Of a stretch of 64,000 bases of DNA, positions 11,329-22,172 are shown in pieces. The notes below the pieces were generated by a model, which saw nothing but the letters and a program-made list of their open reading frames with translations, was not told where the DNA came from and searched no databases. The stretch is from contig CAVQVC010000001.1 in assembly GCA_963717065.1 (NCBI GenBank), forward strand, positions 2,055,546 through 2,119,545. Reading direction: 5' to 3'. Every line of letters begins with the position of its first letter. The first letter of the stretch is position 1. The position numbers and the translations under genes were made by a program. The DNA is from an uncultured Chloroflexia bacterium. Its GTDB lineage: Bacteria; Chloroflexota; Dehalococcoidia; SM23-28-2; RBG-16-64-32.

Positions 11329-12870
11329 AGGCGTACTCCACCACCGCCGTCACCAGCCCCTCCACCGTATGCTCCGTCGCCTCCACGTCCACCCGCAGCC
11401 CCAGCTCCCGCGCTGTCTGCGCGGTGATCGGGCCGATGCAGGCGATGAGCGGGCGACGATCGCTGCCGGTGAGGGCGTCGACGCTGCCATTGAGCATCGT
11501 GACCAGATTGCGGACGGTGGAGCTCGCGGTGAACGTCACGATGTCGATCTCGCCGTTGCGCAGCATCTCCAGCAGCCTCAGACGGGGCCTCGGTGGGGAC
11601 GGCGGCGCGGTAGAGGGTGACTTCGTCGACCTCGGCGCCGAGGGCGCGGAGGCCGACGGGCGAGCTCGGGGCGGGCGTCTTCGGCCCGCGGGAGGAGGAC
11701 GCGCGAAGAGGCGAGCGCCGGGTCGCTGAGTGCTCAGCGCCTCGAGGATGGATTCGGCGACGTACTCCGGCGGGACGAAGTCCGCGCCGTATGCCGCGCG
11801 ATTCGAGCGCGGCGGCCGTGGCGGGGCCGATGGCGGCGATCCTTGTCCCGCCGAAGGCTCGGGCGTCGAGATTGCGGTTACCGCATGTGCTCGAACCACT
11901 CCTCGACGGCGTTGGCGCTGGTGAAGACGGCCCAGGCGTACTCGCCTGCGGCGAGGCGGGCCACGGCGGCGTCAACCGCGGCCGAGTCCGCGCTCGGCTC
12001 GATCTCGATGCTCGGCAGCTCGATCGGGATCGCCCCTTCGTCGGCGAGGAGCTTGGCGAGGGTGCTGGCCTGCTTGCGGGTGCGTGTGATGAGGACGCGC
12101 TTGCCGAACAGAGGCCTGTTTTCGAACCAGGAGATCGTCTCGCGCAGCCGGACCACTTCGCCGACGACAGTGATCGCGGGTGGCTCGATGCCCGCCTCGC
12201 GCACACGCTCGACGATGTCGCTGAGGGTGCCGGTGACGGTGCGCTGCTCGGGTGTGGTGCCCCAGCGGATGACGGCAACGGGCGTTTCGGGCGAGCGGCC
12301 GTTCTCAGTGAGTTGCCACACGATCTCGGACAGCGTCTTCACACCCATCAGGAAGACGAGCGTATCGACGGCGGTCGCAAGGTGCTGCCAGTCGATAGCG
12401 GTCTCGAGCTTTTCCGGGTCTTCGTGACCGGTGATGACGGCGAACGACGAAGCGATCCCGCGATGGGTCACCGGGATGCCAGCGTAAGCGGGCACAGCGA
12501 CAGCGGACGTAACGCCCGGGACTACCTCGAAAGCGATCCCAGCGACGCGCAGGGCCTCGGCCTCTTCGCCGCCGCGGCCGAAGACGAACGGGTCGCCGCC
12601 CTTGAGGCGCACGACTCGCTTGCCCTCGCGCGCCTTTTCGACGAGGAGCCCGTTGATCGCTTCCTGGTCGTGAGAGTCACCGGCGACCTTGCCAACGTAG
12701 ATCAGCTCAGCGTCCGGGCGCGCGTGGTCCAGCAGACGCAGGCTGACCAGCCGGTCGTAGACGATGACGTCCGCTTCGCGTATGCGCTCAAGGCCCGTGA
12801 CGGTGATGAGGCCGGGATCCCCGGGGCCTGCGCCGACGAGCGAGACGAACCCATTCGTCCTGGTGCTTCA
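11321..12870 (-). CDS. cobA: Uroporphyrinogen-III C-methyltransferase / uroporphyrinogen-III synthase fusion (CobA-HemD); frameshifted
   Basis: [28 protein letters not shown] and VVPGVTS, then HemD part [25 protein letters not shown] and CIGPITA. Confidence 0.92.
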
Positions 12871-13820
12871 ACTCGGGCGACTCCACGAGTACTTCTGTGG
12901 CGCCGTAGCCGATCAGCTTCTCGGCAAGCGCCAGCCCCAGGTCCTCGGCGTCCGTCGTTACTCCTTCGACCTGTCCTCGGTAGACACGTTCTCCCCGCGG
13001 GTCGGCGGCGAGGCCGCTGAGGCGCAGGGTGATGCCTTCGATCACGGCCAGGGCCGCGATCGCGGCGTGGCAGCCTCCGCCGAGCCGGCGCTTCGAAGGT
13101 GCGCTCGGCGAAGACGCAGACGTTGGTGTCAAGGTCATCGATGGTTCGAGCCAGCGTGATCGCGTCGTCGTCCACGGCGCGGACCTGCACCGCGAGGGCG
13201 CCCTGGCCGGCGGCAGGGAGCATTTCGTTTGGTAAAAACAGTTGTGTCGCCCGCTCCAGCCAGCCGAGCCGCGCCAGACCAGCGGCGGCGACGATGATGG
13301 CGTCGTAGTCGCCGGCGTCCATCTTGCGAATCCGCGTGTCGACGTTGCCGCGGATATCCGCGACGCGGAGGTCGGGGCGCAGAGCGAGCACCTGCGCGGC
13401 GCGGCGAGGGCTGCCGGTCCCGATGGTCGCCCCCGGAGCGAGATCCGCGAACAGCGCGCCGTTACGGGAAATCAGTGCGTCGCTCGGGTCGACTCGCCGT
13501 GGTGTGGCGGCGACTATCAGGCCCGGCGTTTCCTCATTGGCGAGGTCCTTCAGGCTGTGGATGGCGAGGTCGATCTCCCCGTCGAGCAGCGCGTACTCGA
13601 TCTCGGTCGCGAATATGCCGCGGCCGGGGAAGCTCGCGAGAGGGGCGGTGCTGCGGTCACCTTCCGTGCGGATCGTGCGCACTTCGAAGCGGACTTCCGG
13701 ATTGACGGCGCGAAGCGCTTCCAGGACACGTTCAGTCTGGCGAAGTGCCAGTCGGCTGCCCCGGGTGCCTACGATAAAGGTTCGAGGTGCAGGCGAGTCG
13801 GCCGGTTCGATATCGGACAC
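12867..13820 (-). CDS. hemC: Hydroxymethylbilane synthase (porphobilinogen deaminase); frameshift near 13095, 3' boundary approximate
   Basis: GTRGSRLA, HSLKD, GTGSPRR, RGNVDTR, PAAGQGAL and LGGGC. Confidence 0.95.
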
Positions 13821-13832
13821 AACGGTCGCCGC

Positions 13833-15119
13833 CTATCCAGTCGGGCCTTTGCCGCGGCCGGGCGTGGGGTGCACGTCGAAGAGGTCTTCGAGCGCCTCCA
13901 TGTAGAGACCCTTGTCCGCGCCGTTCTTGAGGCGCGCGATCGGCCGGTCCAGCATCTTCTTGACGATCGCAGCGGTCATCGCTTCGATGCGCTCGCGCGT
14001 GGCTTCGTCAATGTCCGGCAGCTTCCGTAGAGTCCGCTCCAGCTCAGCAGCGGCGAATGTCTTCCGCGCGCTCGCGGAGCGCAGTGATCACCGGCACGAC
14101 GTCCAGGGAGTCCCACCATGCGAGAAATTCCGCCAGCTCTTCATCGATGATCGTCTCGACGTTGCGTACCTCAGCCTGACGGCCGTTGATCCCGGCTTCG
14201 GCGACCGCCTCGACATCGTCGATGTCGAACAAGCAGGACGCCGGGGATGTCGCGCACCGCTGGGTCGATGTCTCGCGGGACGGCCACGTCTATCAACAAC
14301 AGGTCGCGTCCGTTCCGCGTAGCCATGGCTGTGCGAACCTCACTCGGTCCGAGAACAAAGCCACCGGCGCCCGTGCCGCTGATGACGACGTCCGCCTCGG
14401 TCAACGTCATCGACAACTGAGAGAGGCCGATGCCGCGCGCGTCGGACCCGATCTCGCCGGCCAGTTCACGCGCGCGCTCCGCCGTGCGGTTGGCGACGAC
14501 TATGCGCGCGCCAGAGCTCTCAGCTAGCGAGCGAACCGCAAGCTTGCCGGTGCTGCCGGCGCTGATGACAACGATCGTCTTGCCTTCGAGGTCCACCTGC
14601 ATGACTGCGCGCCAGCGCGACAGCTGCCGAGCTGACAGAAACGGCATGCCGCCCGATGTGCGTCTCGCTGCGGGCGCGCTTGCCGACGCCGATTGCCGAG
14701 TGGAAGAGGCGGGAGAGCGTGCCGTTCAGGGTGCCGGCCGCCGTGGCCGCCGACATCGCCTCGCGCACCTGACCCAGGATCTGGGATTCGCCCAGTACCA
14801 TCGAATCGATACCGGCAGAGACGCGGAAGAGATGCCGGACGGCCTTTTCGTGTTGCAGGACGTAGAAGCGCGAGGCGCTGACGTTTGCACCCTTCTCGTC
14901 GTTCAGCAAGTCGATTAGCGCCGCTCCCGCGCCCTCGGGCACAGTGGCGTAGATTTCGGTTCGGTTGCAGGTGGAGAGAATTACCGCGCCGTTCGTCCGA
15001 CCGCTGATGCTTTCGAGCGCAGGCGCGAGTTCCTCGATCGAGAAGGCGAGCCGTTCCCGTTCCTCGACAGGTGACGTCTCGTGGTTCAGACCAACGCAGG
15101 TGACAAGGAGCGATTTCAT
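13833..15119 (-). CDS. hemA: Glutamyl-tRNA reductase; several frameshifts
   Basis: LSTCNRTEIY, GIDSMVLGESQILGQV, VSVSSAAV, ANRT and DVAVPRDID. Confidence 0.95.
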
Positions 15120-15778
15120 GCCTTCGCCGCCGCTTCCGGGCGTATCTTCACGCCGACACCCAGGCTCTTCAGCAGCCTGCCCTTGGCCTGGCCCATCCGG
15201 TCCTCAGCCACCATCTTGCGAAGCGGAGTGTCCAGTGCGCGACTCCACGTATCGGCATCGATCACGATGCCGCGCTCACGCAGGTCGGTCCGCACCTCGG
15301 CGCACAAATCCAGCAGCCGCAGCCACTCGTCCGTCAGAAATTCATCCTCCATCGTCTCGCGCAGCTTGCGGGCCATCGCCGGGCTGCGGCCTGCCGTGGA
15401 GATGGCGATCGTGATGTCCCCGCGCTCGGCGATTCCCGGCATGATGAAGTCGCAGTTCGGGACGTCGTCGACGGCGTTAACCCAGATGCCCCGCTCCCGC
15501 GCTTCCTTCGAAACGACCGAGTTGATCGCGCCGTCGTCCGTGGCGACGAACGCCAGCACGTATCCTTCGAGGTCACCTGGCTCGTACTCGCGCTCGATGT
15601 GCCGAAAAGAACCCGACGCCTTTAGGGCGGCCATGTCCTCGTTCAGGTCAGGGCTGATAACGGTGGTGTTCGCGCCGGACTTCACGAGGTTGATCATCTT
15701 CTGATAGGCAACGTGGCCGCCGCCGATGACGATGACCGGCTTCCCTGCGAGGTCCAGGAACACGGGGTAGTAGCGCAT
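15116..15778 (-). CDS. Precorrin-2 dehydrogenase/sirohydrochlorin ferrochelatase (CysG N-terminal/SirC-like)
   Basis: YYPVFLDL, IGGGHVA, VNAVDDVPNCDF and IAISTAGRSP. Confidence 0.92.
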   Translation of the reverse strand: MRYYPVFLDLAGKPVIVIGGGHVAYQKMINLVKSGANTTVISPDLNEDMAALKASGSFRHIEREYEPGDLEGYVLAFVATDDGAINSVVSKEARERGIWVNAVDDVPNCDFIMPGIAERGDITIAISTAGRSPAMARKLRETMEDEFLTDEWLRLLDLCAEVRTDLRERGIVIDADTWSRALDTPLRKMVAEDRMGQAKGRLLKSLGVGVKIRPEAAAKA

Positions 15779-15791
15779 TGGGATGGTCGAG

Positions 15792-16461
15792 CTACCTTCG
15801 GGCCGGCACCGCCTCCGCCTGCTCGTACGACTCTGCTATCGAGAGCAGCATCTGCTCCTCCAGTGTCGAGAGCAGCTCCCACAGCTCCAGCGCCTTCTCG
15901 ACGGTCATGTCGTTCTTCTGCGCCTCTTCCATCGCCGTCTCGTCCAGCGTCTTGCGGAAGAACATGAAGGCGTCGAGCGTGTCGCGCAGGCTCAGCCCGT
16001 CATGTGACACCTGGGAACCGTACTCACGTGCGATGTCCCGCGCTTCGTCGAGAAGAGGTCCGCGCCGGCTGCCCTTCGTCAGGTAGTCGGAGACCAGCGC
16101 CACGAGCCGTCGCCCGAGCGGTCGCAGGTGCTCGCGCTCTTCCTCCGGAAGTCCGGCGTACCAGGGCGCCGCCTGGCTGCGGCCGCGCTGAAGCCGGCGC
16201 CGGATGCGCGATAGCGCGAGGTTGCTGATCGCGGTGTACGGCTCGCTGCCCGCCGGCGCCGGACTGACCGGCGACCAGCGCCCGCAGGTCGTCCTCGGAG
16301 AACCGGCGGTGCCCGCCGGGGGTGCGGAAGGAGCGCACGTGACCGGCGTCCGCCCAGCGGCGGAGCGTCGATTCGTTTACTCCCAGCAGCTTGCAGGCCT
16401 GTCCGAGGGTAATCCAGCGCGTGGTCAGCGTTTCAGGGTCGTCGCGGTATCGATTCATCAC
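15792..16461 (-). CDS. BldC/excisionase-type (MerR-like) HTH protein with a helical C-terminal domain; frameshifted
   Basis: LGQACKLLGVNESTLRRWADAGHVRSFRTPGGHRRF; C-terminal part (YGSQVSHDGLSLRDTLDAFMFFRK) is in ORF 15792..16103. Confidence 0.85.
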
Positions 16462-16519
16462 AGGGGGCGAACCTCACTAAATTGTGCAAAACGGGGGGCG
16501 GCAAATGGTTCTGAGCAAG

Positions 16520-16548
16520 ATTTTATGTCTGCAGTATGGTGGTGTCAA
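16520..16548 (-). promoter_or_regulatory. Sigma70-type promoter of the HTH-hem operon
   Basis: On the minus strand: TTGACA (16548-16543), 17 nt, TAAAAT (16525-16520), about 60 nt before the HTH start. Confidence 0.8.
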
Positions 16549-16639
16549 CGGAAAAACCAATGAGCGGAGCGGTTAGTTTTCGGTAGTCTGACGACTGTAA
16601 CCGCGAAGGCACTAACACACTAAAACACTATGATTCTCG

Positions 16640-17947
16640 CTATTTCGCGCCTTCGAGGGCGGCGTTCGCGTACGGGAGGATCGTTGCGGTCACGTCGACG
16701 CGCGAGTCGAGGTGCTTGCCGAGGCCGCTGAGCAGGCCGGTCATGCGTCCGATCAGCAGGAACTCGCGCGGGATCTCGACGATCGGGTTGGCGCGGATCG
16801 CCTTGTTCAGTCGCTTGTTTACCTCCTCGGTGAGGTCACGGTCGGCGTACGCCGTGCCGGGCTTGCTCGTGTCCATGAACGCCTTGCCCAAGCTCCAGGA
16901 GGACGCCGGCGTCGGAAGGGTTCTTCACCTTCACGCCCAGGTCCACGAAGCCCTGCACCATCTCCGGCCAGTTGTTCGTCAGCATCGCCCGCACCATCCG
17001 GGCGTAGCCGAGCCGGAACTTGTCGTCGATCTTCCGGCAGAGGCCGAAGTCCAGCATGATCAGCTTCGGCCCGGGGCGCACGAACAGGTTCCCCGGATGC
17101 GGGTCCGCATGGAAGATCCCGTGCAGGTAGAGCTGGTCGCAGAAGGCGTCGGTTACGAGCTGCGCCACAGCCTGCGTATCGATGCCCTTCACGCTCCAGC
17201 GCCGCCAGGTCAGTAATCTTGATGCCGTCCAGGTATTCCATCGTCAGCACGCGACGGGTGCTGTACTCCCACATGATCTTCGGGCACGATGATGTCCTCG
17301 CGCGGGCCGAAGTTGGCGGAGATCAGCTCCGCGTTGTGGCCCTCGTTGATGAAGTCGAGCTCCATCGGCGCCGTCTGCGAGATCTCGTCAATGATCGGGG
17401 CGAAGTTGAGGTTGCGCTCGAAGAGCGAGAGGATGCGCAGGAGGAACCGGATGTTCGCGCAGGTCCGTCTCGACGGTCTCCTGGATGCCGGGGTATTGCA
17501 CCTTCACCGCCACGACACGGCCGTCCTTCAGCGTCGCCTTGTGCACCTGCGCCAGCGAGGCGGAGGCGATCGGCTCCTCGTTGAACGAGGCGAAGACGTC
17601 GCTCAGCGGGCGCTGCAGCTCCGTCTCCACCGCCTGCTTGATGACCGAGTAGGGCCGCGGACGGCACCTGGTCCTGCAGTCTCGAGAGCACATCGATGTA
17701 CTCGTCCGGGATCAGGTCCGGCCGCGAGCCGATCGCCTGTCCGAACTTGATCAGCAGCCCCTGCCGCCGAATTGCCAGCTCGTACAGGTGGTGTGCGGAC
17801 CACTTGTCGTGCTTGACCCGGCGCGCCGGCGCGTCCTTCAGCCCCAGCCGCTTCTCCGCGCAGCGTGATCCACTTGTACCCGAGGTAGACGCGCGCAGCG
17901 AGCGAGGACACGCTCACCCAGCGGCCGGCACGATTGGTGATGCTCAT
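16640..17947 (-). CDS. ABC1/UbiB (AarF) atypical protein kinase; several frameshifts
   Basis: IKFGQ, PIASASLAQVHKA, VAVKVQYPG, LTMEY, FHADPHPGN and LDFGL across frames. Confidence 0.9.
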
Positions 17948-17997
17948 GGCGGATCTATTATCGATCGTTAACGGGATGCGGGTCGAGGGCAGTCAAT

Positions 17998-18277
17998 CAG
18001 GAGCCGGCGGCGGGGGTGCATGCCGCCGGCTCCTGTGGCAAGGACGCCGGTCTCCCGCCTTTCGAGCGCCGTCGCGGCCGGGTTGTCTGCGGCCACCGGC
18101 AGCACGGAACGAGCAGGTCCGGCAATGGAGCCGGCAGAAGGGGGTGCCCGCTACCGGCTCCGGTCCTTCCGAGGAAGGGCCAGGGAAACGTCCGCTGGGC
18201 CGTCCGCTCCCCCACAATCAGATTCGCGCACGAAGCCAGGGCCTGACATCCGAAGAAATACCCATTGTGAGAGGGAG
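17998..18277. other. Multi-hairpin structured intergenic element (candidate ncRNA or repeat)
   Basis: Perfect 14-bp stem 17998-18035 and similar stem 18127-18161, both with GGGGGTGC loops; further stems at 18162-18181 and 18207-18277. Confidence 0.45.
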
Positions 18278-18348
18278 ATCAGGTGTTGCGTGGTGATGCG
18301 AGGGGAGTCTGCTGCAAGCAGGCGTTATTGGCGTCGGCTGACCGCTGT

Positions 18349-19080
18349 TTACTGCTTCGGCTTCCAGCTACCGCGGATCGTCACCAGCACCTTTGACACG
18401 TTGTTCGTGTTGCTCGTTTCGGCAATGACGTTGTAAGGGTCGGCTATGGAAACAAGCCAGTAGGTTCCGCTGGGTACGTTCGTGATGTCCAGGCTCTGGC
18501 CGGGGAGGCTCGAGCCGTAGACGTCGGCCCAGCCGACCGAGATCCCCTGGGTGGCGTTCTGGTTGCAGCTCGCGTAGGTCTGGCCCGCCGCGTGCTCGAG
18601 CCCCGGGAACAGGTTCAGCGTGTCCACCATGCAGAACGAGACCTTGTCGCTAGTCGCCCAGACCCGGCGCCCGACGCCACCATCCGGCGCTACGCTGCGC
18701 AACTGATAGAGCGCGAAACCCTCGAAGTGCCAGTGGTTGTGGGCCGGGTGAAACACGAACGTGCCAACCGGGAACTCGTTGTACAGCGACCAGTCATTCT
18801 GCGCATCGTGCGTGTAAACGCGCTGATAAGCGACGGTCGTGCCGGATCCCGGGTCATTGACTGGATGAAGCTCGAAGGGGCCCTGTCCGACGTTAGAGAT
18901 GGCGTTCGCGAACCTCAGCAATCGCTTGCCCGCCGGCTTGTCGGTTACGACGTGCGCGTTAAACGGGGTCTCGGTGATCAGATCCGGGTAGTGTGGAGTG
19001 CCGGCGTCACCGGCCTGCGCCACCGCGGCGACGCCAAGGGCCGCCGCCAGCAGCCCGGCGACGGCGAGCAGGCGCTTCAT
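18349..19080 (-). CDS. Secreted lysyl oxidase family protein
   Basis: Signal peptide; FHPAHNHWH Cu-binding motif; KVSFC (LTQ Lys); GWADVY (LTQ Tyr); GQSLDITNVPSGTY. Confidence 0.88.
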   Translation of the reverse strand: MKRLLAVAGLLAAALGVAAVAQAGDAGTPHYPDLITETPFNAHVVTDKPAGKRLLRFANAISNVGQGPFELHPVNDPGSGTTVAYQRVYTHDAQNDWSLYNEFPVGTFVFHPAHNHWHFEGFALYQLRSVAPDGGVGRRVWATSDKVSFCMVDTLNLFPGLEHAAGQTYASCNQNATQGISVGWADVYGSSLPGQSLDITNVPSGTYWLVSIADPYNVIAETSNTNNVSKVLVTIRGSWKPKQ

Positions 19081-19260
19081 ACTTCGAGTCTAGCCTCGAA
19101 GCGGGGTCGCGGCAATTGCAGAACGGTAACAATGACCCGGAGCAAAGTTCAGGATTGGTGTGCGCCTGCCCGGACGCCCCCATGGGTCGATCCCGGCGGG
19201 AACAAATCGAGGCGCCCTCCCGTTACTCCCCTATACACCTTATTGCTGAGGAGGACGCCG

Positions 19261-20299
19261 ATGCGACTACTCATGGGATCCACAGTCATCGCGGCCGCGC
19301 TTGTGGCCGCGGTCATCGGGCGCGGTGCGGGTGACGCCGACGCCTGCGCCGGGCTGATCGGCTCGAACGGCGCGGTCAACCTGGGCCGCACGACCACTCT
19401 GGCCGCCTACCACGACGGCGTCGAGCACTACATGACCGCCTTCCAGTTCCAGGGCGGCGGCGGCGAGTTCGGCACGCTGATCCCGCTGCCGGGAGTGCCA
19501 ACGAAGGTCGAGAAGGGCGGCGGCTGGACGCTCCAGCGCCTCGAGTTGGAGACGACGCCCTTCCGCGCGTTCGAAGCCGCTGGGGCGGCGGCGCAGCCAC
19601 GCGCCGACCGGCGCCGAGGTGCTCCAGGAGGTGCGCATCGACGCGCTCGACCTCACCGTCCTCAAGGGCGGCGGCCCCGACGTCGCCGCCTGGGCGCAAG
19701 CAGCACGGCTTCCGCCTCTCGCCCGACGCCCCGGAGGTGCTCCAGTTCTACGCCAGCCGCAGCCCCATCTTCCTCGCCGCCGTGTTCGACGGGCAGGCGG
19801 CCGCGGAGCGCGGGCAGGCGGTCGGCGACGGCACGCCTGTCCAGATCACCATTCCCACCGATAACCCGTGGGTGCCTCTGCGCATCCTCGGTCTCGGCAA
19901 GCAGGCCGAAGACTTCATCGACGCCGACGTCTTCCTGCTCACGGACCGCGAGCCGGCGCATGCTCCCGGCGCCCAACGACGGCCTCATCCTCGCCCACAG
20001 CGCGCCGGCCACGGACCTGCTGCTGAGCGACCTGCGCGGCGACGAGAACATGGGCTGGGTGCCCGAATCCGCCTGGCTGACGAAGCTACAGGTCGCGAAC
20101 ACCACCGAACGGCTCCGCTACGACCTGGCCGTCGACGCCAGCGGCCACGGCAGACCATCGGTCATCGCCGCCGGCCTCCGCCTCCCGAACACGGGCGGCG
20201 AAAGCTCCTCCAGCTCGCCCGTACTGCCGCTGGCCGTCGTTTTCGCCGCCGTCGTCGCCCTAATCGTCTGGCGGCGGAGCACGGCGGGAGCGACGCTAG
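19261..20299 (+). CDS. DUF2330-like exported protein with C-terminal TM anchor; frameshifted, 3' end approximate
   Basis: Signal peptide then CAGLIG..., FGTLIPLPG, DALDLTVLKGGG, TPVQITIPTDNPWVPLRIL; hydrophobic tail. Confidence 0.65.
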
Positions 20300-20731
20300 T
20301 GCGGCGTTTCCTCGGCGTACTGCCGCTAGCCGGAGCGATCACTGCTCATCGCCGGAGTCCTCGTGGTCCTCACGAGCGGCTTCGGCGAGGCGTCCGCCCC
20401 GGTCACCGAAGCGACGATCGTCATCCACTACTCGCGATTCGAGCCTGGGCTCGTGGTTGTGCCGGCCGGAGAGCCGGTGACGATCAGGTTGCGCAACGAG
20501 GATCCGATCGAGCACGAATGGATGGTCGGCGACGCCGCCATGCACGAGCGACACCGCACCGGCACGGAGCCGTTCCACGACCAGATCCCGACCGAGGTGA
20601 CGGTGCCCGTGTTCTCGGAGCGCGTCACGACGGTGACGTTCGAGGAGCCGGGCGACTACCAATACATCTGCCACCTGCCCGGCCACGAGGCGTACGGGAT
20701 GGTGGGCACGCTGCGGGTCGTGGAGCGCTGA
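20299..20731 (+). CDS. Cupredoxin (type-1 copper) domain protein; start approximate
   Basis: NEDPIEHEW and YQYICHLPGHEAYGM (H...C-x4-H-x4-M ligand set). Confidence 0.88.
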
Positions 20732-20738
20732 TTCGTAA

Positions 20739-21759
20739 CTACGGGGAGGGATCGGGCGCCACGCGCACGATACGCTTGCCGACGTTATCTCCGGCCAGGA
20801 TGCCCACCAGCGCAGAAGGCGCGGCATCCAGCCCTTCGACCACGTCTTCGAGAACCTTCAGACTCGCCGCTCGCGACCCAGTCCGCAAGCTGTTTCTCGG
20901 CGTTGAGCCACTCTCCAAGGAAATCGGAGACGAGGAAGCCCTCCATCCGGAGACGCTTGACGATGAGTTGTCCGGGCACGCCGGCCGGGCCCGGCGAGGG
21001 CACGGCCGCGTCGTACTGAGATACCGAGCCGCAACAAACGATGCGCCCGTGCGTACGCATCAGGGGCAGACAGGCCTCGAGCACGCGTCCGCCGACGTTG
21101 TCGAAGTAGATATCGATGCCGTTCGGACAGGCCGCGGCGAGGTCGTTCCGCAGCGACTCGCTGCGGTGGTTCACGGTTGCGTCGAAAGCGAGGTCGCGCT
21201 CCAGCAGGGCGTTCTTCTCGTCTGAGCCCGTGACGCCGACGACGCGACATCCCACGATGCGCGCGATCTGCCCGACGACGTTTCCGGTCGCGCCCGCGGC
21301 CGCCGAGACGACGACCGTCTCCCCCGATTTCGGCTGTCCTACGTTGAGGAGTCCGAAGTAGGCGGTGAGCCCGGTAATGCCTAGCACACTCATGTGGTGG
21401 GTGAGCGGACCGCGCACGTTGAGCGGCCGCACCGCGCCCGCCGAGACGACAGCGTACTCCTGCCACCCCGCCTCGCAGGCGACGACAGTCCCCGGCTGGA
21501 GGGCACCGCCGTTGGCGGCGATAACCTCACAAAGCGTAAAGCCGGCCATCACATCGCCTTCGCCCAATTGCTCGCGGTAGGTCCGGCCTTGCATCCAGGC
21601 GCGGTTAGCGGGGTCAATGGAGAGAAGCACTGTTTTCACGAGCACCTCGCCGGCCCCCGGTTCGCCGATCGTACTATCGACGGCTGTGAAATCGCCAGGC
21701 TCAAGCTTCCCGCTAGGCCGATGGGCGAGCAGAATCTGTCGGTTGGGGCGATCTGTCAT
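20739..21759 (-). CDS. NADP-dependent oxidoreductase (CurA/prostaglandin reductase-like); frameshift near 20860
   Basis: LSIDP, GLTAYFGL, SAAAGATG and YFDNVGG; C-terminal GDNVGK in a shifted frame. Confidence 0.9.
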
Positions 21760-21818
21760 GGCACTCCTCCGAGCCGGATTGTACGACGGGAAGTGCGAAA
21801 CGCGCTGTGAAGCGCGCT

Positions 21819-22109
21819 TTAGTAGCCCGGGTATCCGGGCACGGACTGGCGGCGCAGATACCCGCCGAAGAACGAGGCAAAGTCCAGCATTAGCGCGAGC
21901 ACGAGGACAACTCCGTCGAACACCGTCACGCTACCGGTCGGGGCAACGAGAACAAACGCGACTGTGAACCAGGGCACGAAGACCAGGCCAAGGATCGGCC
22001 ATAGAATTGATCCGAAAGCGTCGTCCCAGCGGCCCGGGTCAAATATCCACCAGATAATTCCCGCTATGCGAGGCCCGGCAAAGAAGAGGATGACTGCTAG
22101 ACAAAACAT
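21819..22109 (-). CDS. Small membrane protein, hypothetical
   Basis: 96 aa with three hydrophobic segments (GPR..., WPILGLVFVPW). Confidence 0.7.
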   Translation of the reverse strand: MFCLAVILFFAGPRIAGIIWWIFDPGRWDDAFGSILWPILGLVFVPWFTVAFVLVAPTGSVTVFDGVVLVLALMLDFASFFGGYLRRQSVPGYPGY

Positions 22110-22172
22110 GAATCAAGCTCCGATAGTGGACAAGCGCAACCAATAGGATTAACGCGCTTGCCGCGACCGGAG

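Noticed and set aside
18592-21225. 877-aa plus-strand ORF
   Set aside because: A chimera of antisense lysyl oxidase sequence, parts of the frameshifted DUF2330 gene and off-frame sequence; not a coherent protein.
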